In this document: piece after piece, positions 51,919 through 64,000 of the stretch
Numbering within the stretch: position 1 is the stretch's first letter
How the letters are laid out: each line of letters starts with the position of its first letter
Assembly: GCA_951406725.2 (NCBI GenBank)
Contig: OX597824.1
Coordinates: 22,506,001 to 22,570,000 of the forward strand
Reading direction: 5' to 3'
Length of the DNA: 64,000 nt
Origin: Octopus vulgaris
Lineage: Eukaryota
Notes under the pieces: generated by a model
What the model was told of the DNA's origin: nothing
Database searches by the model: none
Seen by the model: the letters and a program-made list of their open reading frames with translations, nothing else
Position numbers and translations under genes: made by a program

Positions 51919-54517
51919 GTAGTTAAGGTGATGAGTTGGCAGAATTGTCAGTACGCCAGACCAAATGCTTAGCAGCATTTCTTCTCACACTTTTACATTC
52001 AGAGCTCAACATTGCTTTTTTTATCCTTTCAAGATCGATAGTACCATTTGAGTACTTGGGGGTCAAATGTAATCAATTAACCGTTTCACACTAAAATTGC
52101 TGGCCTTGTGCCAAAAGTTGCAAGTTATTAATATTATTATTATTATTGAGTGAGAGAGCAGTGAATGCCATCAAAGTGATACTGGAGTAAGATAAACAAA
52201 GATCAGTATACCCATCATGACTACCCATCTGATGAGGGTACACCAGGCACATGCATCACAACCATATGTGCGCGACATGGTGATCTAATGTCAAGATAAA
52301 CAGCGCATGACCTTGCAGGTGGGGGTCCAGTTAGAATTTTCTTCTGGTCAAGTAGCCCATCCTGCTCAAAAGGTCCCCGAATAAGGATTGTTTAAGGATG
52401 TTGAATGAACTACCCATGTTTCCAAAGGTGAATTATCCAAACCTCTAAGAATTCCTTTCAACACACGGTTATGATGCTCCCCCACTACTTCTAGTCGTGA
52501 TCAGAGATGCACATATCGTCAGCCACTAAGGGACATGCTCAACTGGTTAAGGTCAAACAACTGACAAACAAATCTGTGGTATTGAGCAGAATATTTGCTG
52601 TAGCCCATCTTTTATACCAAAGCAAAACAATGTACATAACACTTCCAGTCAGTTAAGATCAGAAGCCATGAGAGCCACTGCTTGATACTGCATCAGGGCA
52701 TTTATTATTATCATTATTATTATTATTATTGATATTATCATTACTACTACTACTACTACCATCATCAGGGTGATAGTTTGGCAGGTTTGTCAAAGTGTTG
52801 GGACAAATTGCTACAAGGTGTTTCCTCAGGTTCTTTCCTTTCTGGAGTTCAAAACCCACTGAGGTCAACTTTGCCTTTTATTCCCCCGATCTTAGTCATG
52901 ATGGCTAAAACAAACTTACTCATGTGCCCTAGGTGCCATAAAGTGGGATTGAACCCAGAGCCATGTGACTGGGAAGCAAGCCTTTTACAAAATAGCCATG
53001 CCTGTGGCTATGCAGGAAAAAAAAACAAAAACAAATTTATCTGACAATAGGGGTCATTTAACATTGACCATTATTTAAATTTTTTTGTATAGCAACAGCT
53101 TGTGATTGGACGGTCTGAAAATAGTATTGTGTAATGAAAGAGATTTTGAGGGACAGCGGTGGTGGTGGTGGTGGTGAGTAGGGGATACAACAGGAGATAA
53201 AATAGAAGGGAGCTATCACATCGTATGAAATCAACATTAAAATAAAACAAAATAAAACACCATATTTTCAGGGATATCAGTTGAATTATCAGACCAAAAT
53301 TTACTGCCAAATAAATGGTAGGTTGACTTGTATAACTAGATCACTTTGGAGGAGCAAAATTCCATGTAGAAAGCAGATAGGATAGAAGGGAGCTGTCTGC
53401 CACATTATATGAAATGAAAATAGATAAAATAAAATACCATATTTTTTGGAATATTAGTTGGATTTTTCAGACTAAAAATTTACAGCAAATCAAAAGTAGG
53501 TTGACTTATACACCCAGACGACTTCACAGGAGCAAAATTCTATGTGAAAAGCAGCAGGATATGGAAAGATAGTAATAATGTTTGAATGTTTGCACAACAG
53601 GTTTGGGAAACACAGTTTTATAAAAGCCCTAAACAAAAAATAAACTCAAAGTCTTGCCCTGTTTAATCACACCATCATTTGGCCCTTTGGTGTCTTTTGT
53701 AGAGTTCACTTTGTCCATTCTGTTGTATGCATTCAGACTAGGTCTCTGGTCAGAGAAGAATAACTTCACATCTTTCTCTCCTGCCATCAATCTTGGATGC
53801 CTTGACAAGGGATATGTTAGCTCTCTTAGCCATTAGAAAAAAAGAGGCTATTTCAACCCAGTCATGTGATCACAAAGACATTTTCTTATTGGCTCGTTGT
53901 GAGTCAAGTGTATTCATCAAGTGTTCAGGGTTGTGCAGATGACAAATTATGAACTATCAACCTTTTGCTAGACAACGAGGTACCTTTGACCAACAGCAAA
54001 TCTCAAATTGTTTGAAGTAAAGTTATAAATTTTAATCCCAGTTTGGTGCTAATAATACAACTATTACAACTTAAAATTCGCTTAACAAAAAATGAGAAAA
54101 AAGTTTTTTAAAGTATTAACAATGTAAAAAACGAAAAAACATCTAAACTACATCTGCTTATTAAATTATATCCAATGAACTAAATGAGCCACAAAATTAA
54201 TTAAGCGTAACTGATATTCATTCAGTATAAAATAATATAAAACAAGTTCAAAGCAGAATATCCAACAAACAATTCTACTTAGTCTTTCAATCAATCCTAT
54301 ATTGGTTCTAAATATTATCTTTGTTCTTTTCTCTATATATTTAAAGTAATGTATACAAAGCAAAATAGTGTACAGCACTTGTGACTCCAAAAGTAACCTT
54401 AAATACATAACAAGAGCTTAAAAAGAAAGCTGTTACAGAATATGCCTAAAAGAAATAAACGGATGATGCAAGTTAGATGAAATAGAGGGACAAGCCATTA
54501 TGATAGATGTAAGCTAT

Positions 54518-54930
54518 AAGGTTGTTCGGAAAATACTGACTGATTTTTCAAAAAACATTTTTTTTCAAATTTGCTAACAAAAATGTTATTTTTGTAGTGT
54601 TTTGGATGAAATCAATAATTGATGTGTACTCTTTGATAAATTGTTAATGATTTCTTTCAGAATATAATTTTGAAGCATAGAAATCTTTAATTTCAAACAT
54701 GAAAAAAAGAAGATATGTGTCTACATTTTTTGCATGAATTCAAGCTTGGATATAATGCTTCCCAAACAGTCACAAACATCAACAGAGCATGGGATGAAGG
54801 GTTCACTAGTGATTGGATGGTATGACAGTGGTTTGAGAAATTCTGTAGTGGGGATGAGAGCCTTGAAGATCAAGAAGGTAGAGGATGTCCATCTACCCTT
54901 GATGATTAGCATTTGAAAACAAATCAAACA
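54518..54930 (+). pseudogene. mariner transposase N-terminal remnant
   Basis: HEFKLGYNASQTVTNINRAW...QWFEKFCSGDESLEDQEGRGCPS is the mariner HTH region. Confidence 0.8.
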
Positions 54931-56929
54931 AAACTAATCAGGGAACTTTTTAATACCACCTTGTATGTATGCATGTGTGTGTGTGTGTGCTTCATTCTTT
55001 TGAAAGCCAAAACAATGTGAGTTATAAGATATAAGTCAATGATTCATATGTTTGTCCTGTATTTCGATATTTCGGGGTTATGACACCTTTTTCAGGAAAT
55101 TATCAGAGATTTGATGTTACAAGCTAAACTTTCATTGATGAGTACACTACAATAATATATGTCACATATAACCTTTAGGTATGAGGAATTAATCTAGTTT
55201 TGGAAATAATCCAATTACATATACATATGCATGTGTGTATGTATGTATGCATACATACATTTATATCGTCATCATCACCATTTAGTGTCCTCCTTCCATG
55301 CTGGAATGGGTTGGACGGTTTGACAGGAGCTGGCCAGGTAGAAGACTGTACCATACTTCTGTGTCTGTTTTGGCACAGTTTTTACGGCTGGATGCCCTTC
55401 CTAACACCAACCACTCTGCAGAGTGGATCGAGTGGGTTTTACATGGCATGAGCACAGGCGAGGTCAGTGTTGGCATGGTTTGTGCAGCTGGATGCCTTTC
55501 CAAGCACCAACCTCTTTACAGTGCGGACTGGATGCTTTTTACATGGCAAATCATGTATGTAAACTGTTTTCCTATCTCCAGGTAATCTGTGGGGATAGGT
55601 AAAAAAAAGGACATTAAACTGATACATTAACAATAATGATTGCTATTGTAATGATGATGATGACAAGAGAATATATTCCTAGCATTTCCCTTCTAGTTTT
55701 TCAATGAAATGGATCAATCGCAACCCATTTCCCTTTTCTTTGCTGGTGATGTTTAGACATTAAGAAGTTAAGCAATCATCTTTTCTTTTCCACAAACCAC
55801 CGAGGCTGAGGGATATAAAGAAACCACACTCTCAGTCAAACAAACTCACTCTCAAAGTATCAGTCAGGCCAGGGTCGTTGTACAAGACAATCCGCCCAAG
55901 GTACTACGCAGTGGGATTGAACCTGAAACCACATTGTTACGAAGCAGAATTCTTAACCGCATAATTGTATCGGCACCTATGACGACAGATGGTTCAATGG
56001 TTCGAGGCAATTTGGCTGGTATATTTAGCAACTAGAGTAACTAAACAAAGATTCCATCAGTGGCTCATAGCTGGCTGGTGAGTCAGTCGGTCGGTCGTCG
56101 GTCGGTCGGTCAGTCAGTTAGCTGGCTGGAAGTCTGCTACATTACTCTACTTCACTGTCCTTTTTCTCGACAATCTAATTTAATGTGCTGCCACACCACC
56201 ATCGTTATTAACAGCTTCCTTGCATCTTGAGTGCCACTTAAAAATCTCCTTGTTTCTTCGGTAGTAAGCAGATTCTCAAGAGGCAAGCTACATCTCTGAG
56301 CAATTATTATTTATCTATTGATGCCGTCAAGACCACAACATCATGTCCACCACCACCACCACCATCACAATCGTTACTATCACCATCATCACCACCACTA
56401 TCATTGTCATAATGACATTTCACCAGAGACAGACTTTCGCTAATTGAAAGAAAGAAAGAAAGAAAAAAATAAACAAATAATACATGCACATACGTGTGTG
56501 TGTGCATGTGTTTGTGTGTGTGCATGTGCTTGTGTGTGTGCGTGTGTGTGCGCGTGTGTGTGTGTGTATGCGTCGTGTTTAATTGTGTTTATCTGCATCA
56601 CTATCTCCACACATGTTTATATGCACACACACACTCACACACATATGTATGTATACACATGTGTGAGTGTGTATGTATGAGAGAGAGAGTGTGTGTGTAT
56701 GTGTCTATGTATGTGTGTGTGTGTGTGTGTGTGTAGTTATAATGAGTTATAATGTGATACTGTTGAAATAAACTATTAATTATGTTGAAATAACTGTTAC
56801 GTATCATCATCACCCTCGTTAATCCTCACCTCGTTAATCCTCGATATCATTAATTCACATCGTTATCAGTGTCCTAGCGTCCAGCTTTGACACTGTCACA
56901 ATTAATTTTCATTTTTTCCACCCCACTTC

Positions 56930-57490
<561 letters not shown>

Positions 57491-57859
57491 AGAGAATGAA
57501 TAAATTCAATAAAAGAAATACACACACACACACACCATCATCACCACCACCACCACCATCCTCATCGTCGTCATCATGTCATCACCACCACTACCACAGT
57601 CATTTAATATCCATTTTCCCATTCTGGCATGCTTTCGACAGTTTGGACAAGATTCTTCGGTGAGCAGCAGGGCTGTGTCAAAGCTCTATTGCCAACTCTG
57701 GTATGATTTCTACAGCTGGATGCTATTCCTAATGCCTTTCCTAATAAAAAAACAATATACAGAAAACAAAAAAAAAAAAAACCCCAATAAAATCCATCCC
57801 CAAAATGAAAAAGAAAACCAACCTCTCTTACCCACACACGCACACAAAATTACACATCT

Positions 57860-58140
57860 GCATACATATAAACACACACACACACATATATATATATCTA
57901 TATATATATATATATATCTATATCTATACACATACATACATATATGTGTATATATATATATATATATATACACATACATATCTATATATATACACATACA
58001 TATATATATACACATATATATATACACATACATATATTATATATCTATATACACATACATATATACACATACATATATATACACATACATATATATATAC
58101 ACATACATATATATACACACATACATACATACATATATAT

Positions 58141-58171
<31 letters not shown>

Positions 58172-58478
58172 CATACATACATACATATATATATACATAC
58201 ATACATATATATATACATACATACATATATATATACATACATACATACATATATATATACATACATACATACATATATATATACATACATACATACATAT
58301 ATATATACATACATACATACATATATACATACATACATATATATATATACATACATATATGTATACATACATATATATATACATACATATATATATACAT
58401 ACATATATATATACATACATATATACATACATACATATATACATACATATATATATACATACATACATATATACATAC

Positions 58479-58533
<55 letters not shown>

Positions 58534-58580
58534 TATATGGCCAAATGCATACATACACAAAATACACACACACACACACA
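57860..58580. repeat. About 700-bp compound (TA)/(TACA) microsatellite
   Basis: Direct inspection. Explains the YI/HT-rich ORFs. Confidence 0.95.
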
Positions 58581-58946
58581 CAAAAAAAACACATACCCAG
58601 TCACACTGAAGATATTTACAAAAATAATTCTGTTCCAAACGTTTTTTTTTTTTTATCAAAGTGATCCATCAATGCCATACAGGTCATAAGTATCGACACA
58701 GAATAAAAAAAACAGCCATTGCTCCCCCACCGCAGGTGCGAGTGAGTATGATAAGTAATCGTTATGCGTAGGGTGAAGTGTGTGTGTGTGGGGGGGGAGC
58801 AGATTCCTTTACATTCTTTCTCATTTTTACTTTTTTCTTTTTTTTCTTCTTACCTGCTCCCAATCGGCACCATCTTTTTTAAAGCACAAATTTCTGATTA
58901 GTACTTTGCCTCTTTTAATATATTTTGATATTTATGAAGAAAATCA

Positions 58947-58979
<33 letters not shown>

Positions 58980-59499
58980 GCTGTTGTATTTCGAGATGGT
59001 TATTTTATTTATTATTATTATTTTTATTTTTTTAATTTTTTTTTTTACCAAATAAAAACACACCCTAGTGCATTGATTTGATTTTGATTTTTCCAGTTTC
59101 AGCTAATGAGCTGTGGCCATGCTGGGGCACCGCCGTATTTATTTGGCAAAAAAAAAAAAAAAAAAATGACCATCGCAAAATACAACAACATCAATTACAA
59201 ACACGATTTCACATCAGGAATCTTGCAAAACAAATTGATATTATTATCATTATTATCCTCTTCTTTCAGTTTTGTTTCCATTTCTCTGAGTGTCTTCCCG
59301 ACACCTAGGGCAAAGAAACTCACTGTATACATTGGTAGGCCATTAAAATGAACACCAGTCATGTGATAGGAAAAAAAACAGGGGGAAGAAAGAAAAAAAC
59401 TAAAAAAGAAAAGAAAAAATAATGCCCAGATAGGTACGAAGGCAGCTGAAATAAAGTTATAATGAAAGGAAACCATAAATAATAATAATAATAATAATG

Positions 59500-59710
59500 C
59501 TTTCAAATTTTGCCACAAGGGCAGCAATTTCGAGTGAGGGGATGAGTTGATTACATTGACCCCAGTGATCAACTGGTACTTATTTTAACGACCCCAAAAG
59601 GATAAAAGGCAAAGTCGACCTTGGCAGAATTTGAACTCAGAATGGTACGGCAGGCAAAATATCACTAAGCATTTTACTTGGCATGTTAATGATTCTGCCA
59701 ACTTGCTGCC

Positions 59711-59748
<38 letters not shown>

Positions 59749-60182
59749 CCTTTCTACTCTAGGCACACGGCCTAGATTTTGTGGGGAGGGGGACAGTCAA
59801 TCACATCGACCTCAGTACTCAACTGGTACTTAATTTATCGACTCTGAAAGGATGAAAAGCAAAGTTGACCTTGGTGGAATTTGAACTCAGAATGTAGCAG
59901 CATTTTGCCCAGTGTGCTAATGATTCTGCCAGCTTGCCGTCTTCATCATCATCATAACAATAATAATCCTTTCTACTTTAGGCACATGGCCTAGATTTTG
60001 TGGGGAGGGGGGACAGTCAATCACACTGACTCCAGTACTCAACTGGTACTTAATTTATCGACCCCGAAAGGATGAAAAGCAAAGTTGACCTCGGTGGAAT
60101 TTGAACTCAGAATGTAGCGACGAGCGAAATACTGCTAAGCATTTCACCCGGCGTACTAACGATTCTGCCAGCTCGCTACCTT
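59500..60182 (-). repeat. Three tandem SINE family B copies separated by (TAA)n
   Basis: Cores at about 59570, 59820 and 60040. Confidence 0.82.
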
Positions 60183-60963
60183 CATAATCATAATAATAAT
60201 AATAATAAAAGAAAGTAAGATATTGATCACAAGCAGAGGTGGCTATGCTGAGTGTGAAGGTGAGTGCAAGTGTGAAGAATGAGTTAAAAGAGGAAAGATG
60301 CTGAATTCTCAGAGTAAAATTTGTTTCCTTGTTAGGTGTTGTTGTTGTTGTTGTTGTATTGTTGAATGTTGTTGTAGTGGTTCTCAAACTGTTTCTCTTT
60401 GTTTTCGCTCACGGCACAATTTGGAGCAAATAAAAAATATATCGGGGCACACTCTTTGGGCATTGGTTAAAATAAAATGAAATAAATGAATGAATTAACA
60501 TTAAAAAATGAAAAGAAAAAAAAAAGTACTTTTATATTTTAACCTAGAAATATAAATAATTTAAACTCTAGAGAAAAATAATGAATTTGCAACGTCTTTT
60601 TTATTTTATTTATTATTTTTTTTTTTTGGTTTTTCTTTTTGCAATAAATGAAATATATATATATAATATACAATTAGAGCATGGATGACACGGTTTAACC
60701 AATCAAAATCAGTTTCAGTGACCAGATCACATTTGGTGCGATGAAAATTCTGACACCAAATAATAAATGTTTAAAGAGAAGTTAACAGTTTTTTTTATTG
60801 TTTCTGAGTGGCTAATGTATGTCTTTCATGCTGAAATTGCTTTAGTTTCAAAACATGGTTTTTTTTCCGATCAAACTACATATCAGGCAAGTACATCTCC
60901 AAAATGAAATATAATTATCAAAACCTTAACCTTATTATTTCAATTCATATATATATATATCTG

Positions 60964-61007
<44 letters not shown>

Positions 61008-61064
61008 CATACATACATATACATACATATATATATACATACATATACATACATATACATATAC

Positions 61065-61095
<31 letters not shown>

Positions 61096-61313
61096 GATAG
61101 ATGGATATATATATATATATATATATTATTAATAAATTGCAGGGTAGCAAAAACAGTACCCCTAATATGTATATATATATATTATTAATAAATTGTAGGG
61201 TAGCAAAAAAATTACCCCTAATAGTAGTTTGGAGTATTATCTACTCCTAGCGGGTCAGATATCCTGTTATGGCCATCTCTTATGTGTTTAAATGTACACT
61301 GTATTTACATGTG

Positions 61314-61398
<85 letters not shown>

Positions 61399-61993
61399 TT
61401 ATACATATATCATATTTGTTTAAATAGAATGTAAATTTTAATATTTCTGTGGTATATCCAGTTAGGGCGCAGGATACACCAGTTGTAGTACAGCAAATCG
61501 CCGTTTGGGAACCCCACATTTAAGGCAACAAAACTCTGCCATTAGCGAGTAAATGTATGAATAACAAGGATGATGGTTCACCTGTAAAAAGACAACAAAG
61601 TTTGGGTCGGAGCTGCGTCTGGCATGCGGTATGGGCATGAACGATGAATGTAAAAACGGTGAAAGCAATGAAAAAAATGAAATGATAACAACTTGTCAGA
61701 TGATAAGATAACAAGATGGAGTGATATGACAATGTGGATGGAAATGAAAGATGGAAAAAAAAAAAAAAAAAATTAACAGTCATGATTTAATAATACCAGA
61801 AATATCATTTTTCTTTTTTTTGGCAGGAATTAATTCTAGCAGTCAAACAACAAGCCCTCAGGATTGTAACCAAGGGGAATCATATATACATATATACATA
61901 CATATATATATATATAAACACACATATATACATATATATATATACATACACATGTATGTGTATATCTTACATATATATATATATATTCATACA

Positions 61994-62055
<62 letters not shown>

Positions 62056-62057
62056 CA

Positions 62058-63688
62058 CAGGGTTGGCCAAAAGTCACCCGGCAGTAAATCAAAACTTCCA
62101 TAAATACTTAATATTCAATTTTATTTATTCAATCCAGTTATGAATGTTCGATAATTGAATGCTTTGAGTTAAAAATCACCAATATTTTTCAACATACGTC
62201 TGTTTATTAGCGAGGTCTCATATAAAATAACTTTTGGTTTTAAAAGCCGTAAACATGAACAAACTGACTCTGCAACGAGGGAATCTTTGTTATTTGAAAA
62301 ATACTACAAATGTGGCAATGCATAAAGCGTTCTGAAGAATGGATAAACGAGCATGGTGATGAAATAAATCCTCCACATAGAGATATTATTTATCATCTAC
62401 GAGATTGAGTTCATAAAAATAGAACTGTGGCAGATTTACCATGATCGAGTAGGCCACGTAGTGTTAGAACCTGAAAAATGGCAGATTCTGCGGCTACTGT
62501 TCATCACACAAAAAGCGTTGGCTGCGGGGTCACTCCGAAAAGCTCTATCTGCAACGATTTCATCTCAATCGAAGGAGAGGGGCTTTCTCCGTCCGGGTTG
62601 CGGATCCGTGGAATAAGCTGCCGGATGAAATAGTGAAGATGCCGACAACCACTCGGTTCAAAGTCTCCCTTGACCACAAATGGCCTGAACTTTTTGCATG
62701 AACACCAACCTGTACATAACTCCATGTCCCCCTACATGGCCTTGCTTTTTGTGCCAAAATTAACTTAACTTAACACAAAGTCCACAACAGAGCATTGATC
62801 GACTAAGTGCCGAACTTGATATTTCAAGATCATCTCTTCAGAGAATTTTGCAAGAAAATGGCTAAAAAGCATACCACCCTAAGTTAATTCATGGTCTTGT
62901 GGAGGACACAGATAGACAACTACAAAGGTGTCAACGGTTCATTAGCCAATTTGATAATGATTCTCAGCTATCCAATAAGATAATGTGGTCTGACGAAGCA
63001 TCATTCAAATTAAACAACATGATTAACCACCACAATTGTGTTATTTACGCTACTGAAAACCCAAATTTGACTTATGAACGACTGAATCAGCCTGGTTTCA
63101 CTGTTTGGGGAAGTTCTCAGTCCTGATGGGTTATTAGGCTCTTATTTCTTTATGAAACTGCCACTGGCAATAACTATTTAGAAATACTGAATGAGTATGT
63201 CTTTCTGCAGCTGCGAGACAAGCCGGACTTTAATACTTTGCTGTCCATGCAAGATGGTGCGCCTCCCCATTACACCAAAAAGGGTACGTGACCTGTTAGA
63301 CAATTTGCCAGCAGGTTGGACTGGACGTAGAGGATCTATTGAGAGGGCTCCATGTTCATGTGATCTCACACCAACAGACTTTAGGATCTGGAGAATGATG
63401 AAAGATTGAGTTTTTAACAGAAAACCAAAGACTCTAGCTAAGTTGCAAGCTGCTATAAGTACTAGATTCCAACTTATTAATGCAAAAAAGGTAAGTTGTT
63501 GTACTATCTGTAATTCTGTATTGACTCGAAGAGAAAAATGTGTCACCCACGAAGGACTTCAGTTAGAACAATGTTCATGATGCTTCATATTTAGATGCTT
63601 TTATTAAATTCATTCAGTTGTTAAACATAAATAAATCTTGGAATTAAATGGTTTTGATTTACTGTCAGGTGACTTTTGGTGAACCCTG
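62058..63688 (+). mobile_element. Decayed Tc1/mariner-superfamily transposon (DD37D/maT-like) with about 38-bp TIRs
   Basis: TIR CAGGGTTGGCCAAAAGTCACCCGGCAGTAAATCAAAAC and its inverse at 63651-63688. IMWSDEASF, QDGAPPHY and SCDLTPTDF motifs. Confidence 0.88.
62513..62772 (+). mobile_element. CR1-type LINE 3' fragment nested in the transposon, 7-bp TSD
   Basis: RGHSEKLYLQRFHLNRRRGAFSVRVADPWNKLP, (TTAAC)n tail, ACACAAA at 62506-62512 and 62773-62779. Confidence 0.85.
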
Positions 63689-63936
63689 TATATATATATA
63701 TATATATCACCCCTTCTATACATTGGTTCGTTAAAATAACAAGCCCTCAAATTGAAATCATATATATATACATATATACATATATGTGAGTGTGTGTGTG
63801 TGTGAGTGTGTATGCATATATAGATATAGATATCTTATATAATATATATATACACATACATACAATGTATAATCATATATATATATAAATATATAGATAT
63901 AGAGATAGATATATATATACATTCGCACAATGTATA

Positions 63937-63986
<50 letters not shown>

Positions 63987-64000
63987 TAATAAACACAATA

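Noticed and set aside
55068-55105. Minus-strand CTGAAAA...GAAA hammerhead-like motif
   Set aside because: Core G8 is missing, and stems II and III are too weak to support a call.
57576-58689. Long YI/HT/VC-rich ORFs (also at 14.0, 25.4, 29.4, 31.6, 39.6, 57.1 and 60.9 kb)
   Set aside because: Translations of TA/CA/TACA microsatellites, which lack stop codons.

Overview
Eukaryotic, AT-rich, repeat-saturated DNA. The SINE families and microsatellite load look like an Octopus (coleoid cephalopod) genome; this is an inference from recognition, not a search. One host gene is well supported on the + strand: an IL-17 receptor-like type I membrane protein built from phase-compatible exons 9345-9366, 10457-10605, 14703-14750, 17118-17232, 20994-21521 and 25858-26744. 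It has an FnIII-like ectodomain piece, a 20 x 15-bp ISTPV mucin-like VNTR, a transmembrane helix and a SEFIR domain; its 5' exons were not resolved. The rest is mobile DNA: at least four tRNA-headed or LINE-tailed SINE families, an RTE LINE with a PHD finger inside the RT region, CR1-type 3' ends, Penelope RT and GIY-YIG remnants with hammerhead-like relics, an ORF1-only (CCHC) retroelement sharing its tail with a SINE, Tc1/mariner elements, non-autonomous Helitrons, MITEs and a probable solo LTR. There is also a tRNA-Asp copy fused to an RTE tail and a >1 kb inverted duplication 37 kb apart. Most ORF-track entries are microsatellite or SINE artefacts. Repeat boundaries are read by eye and are approximate.
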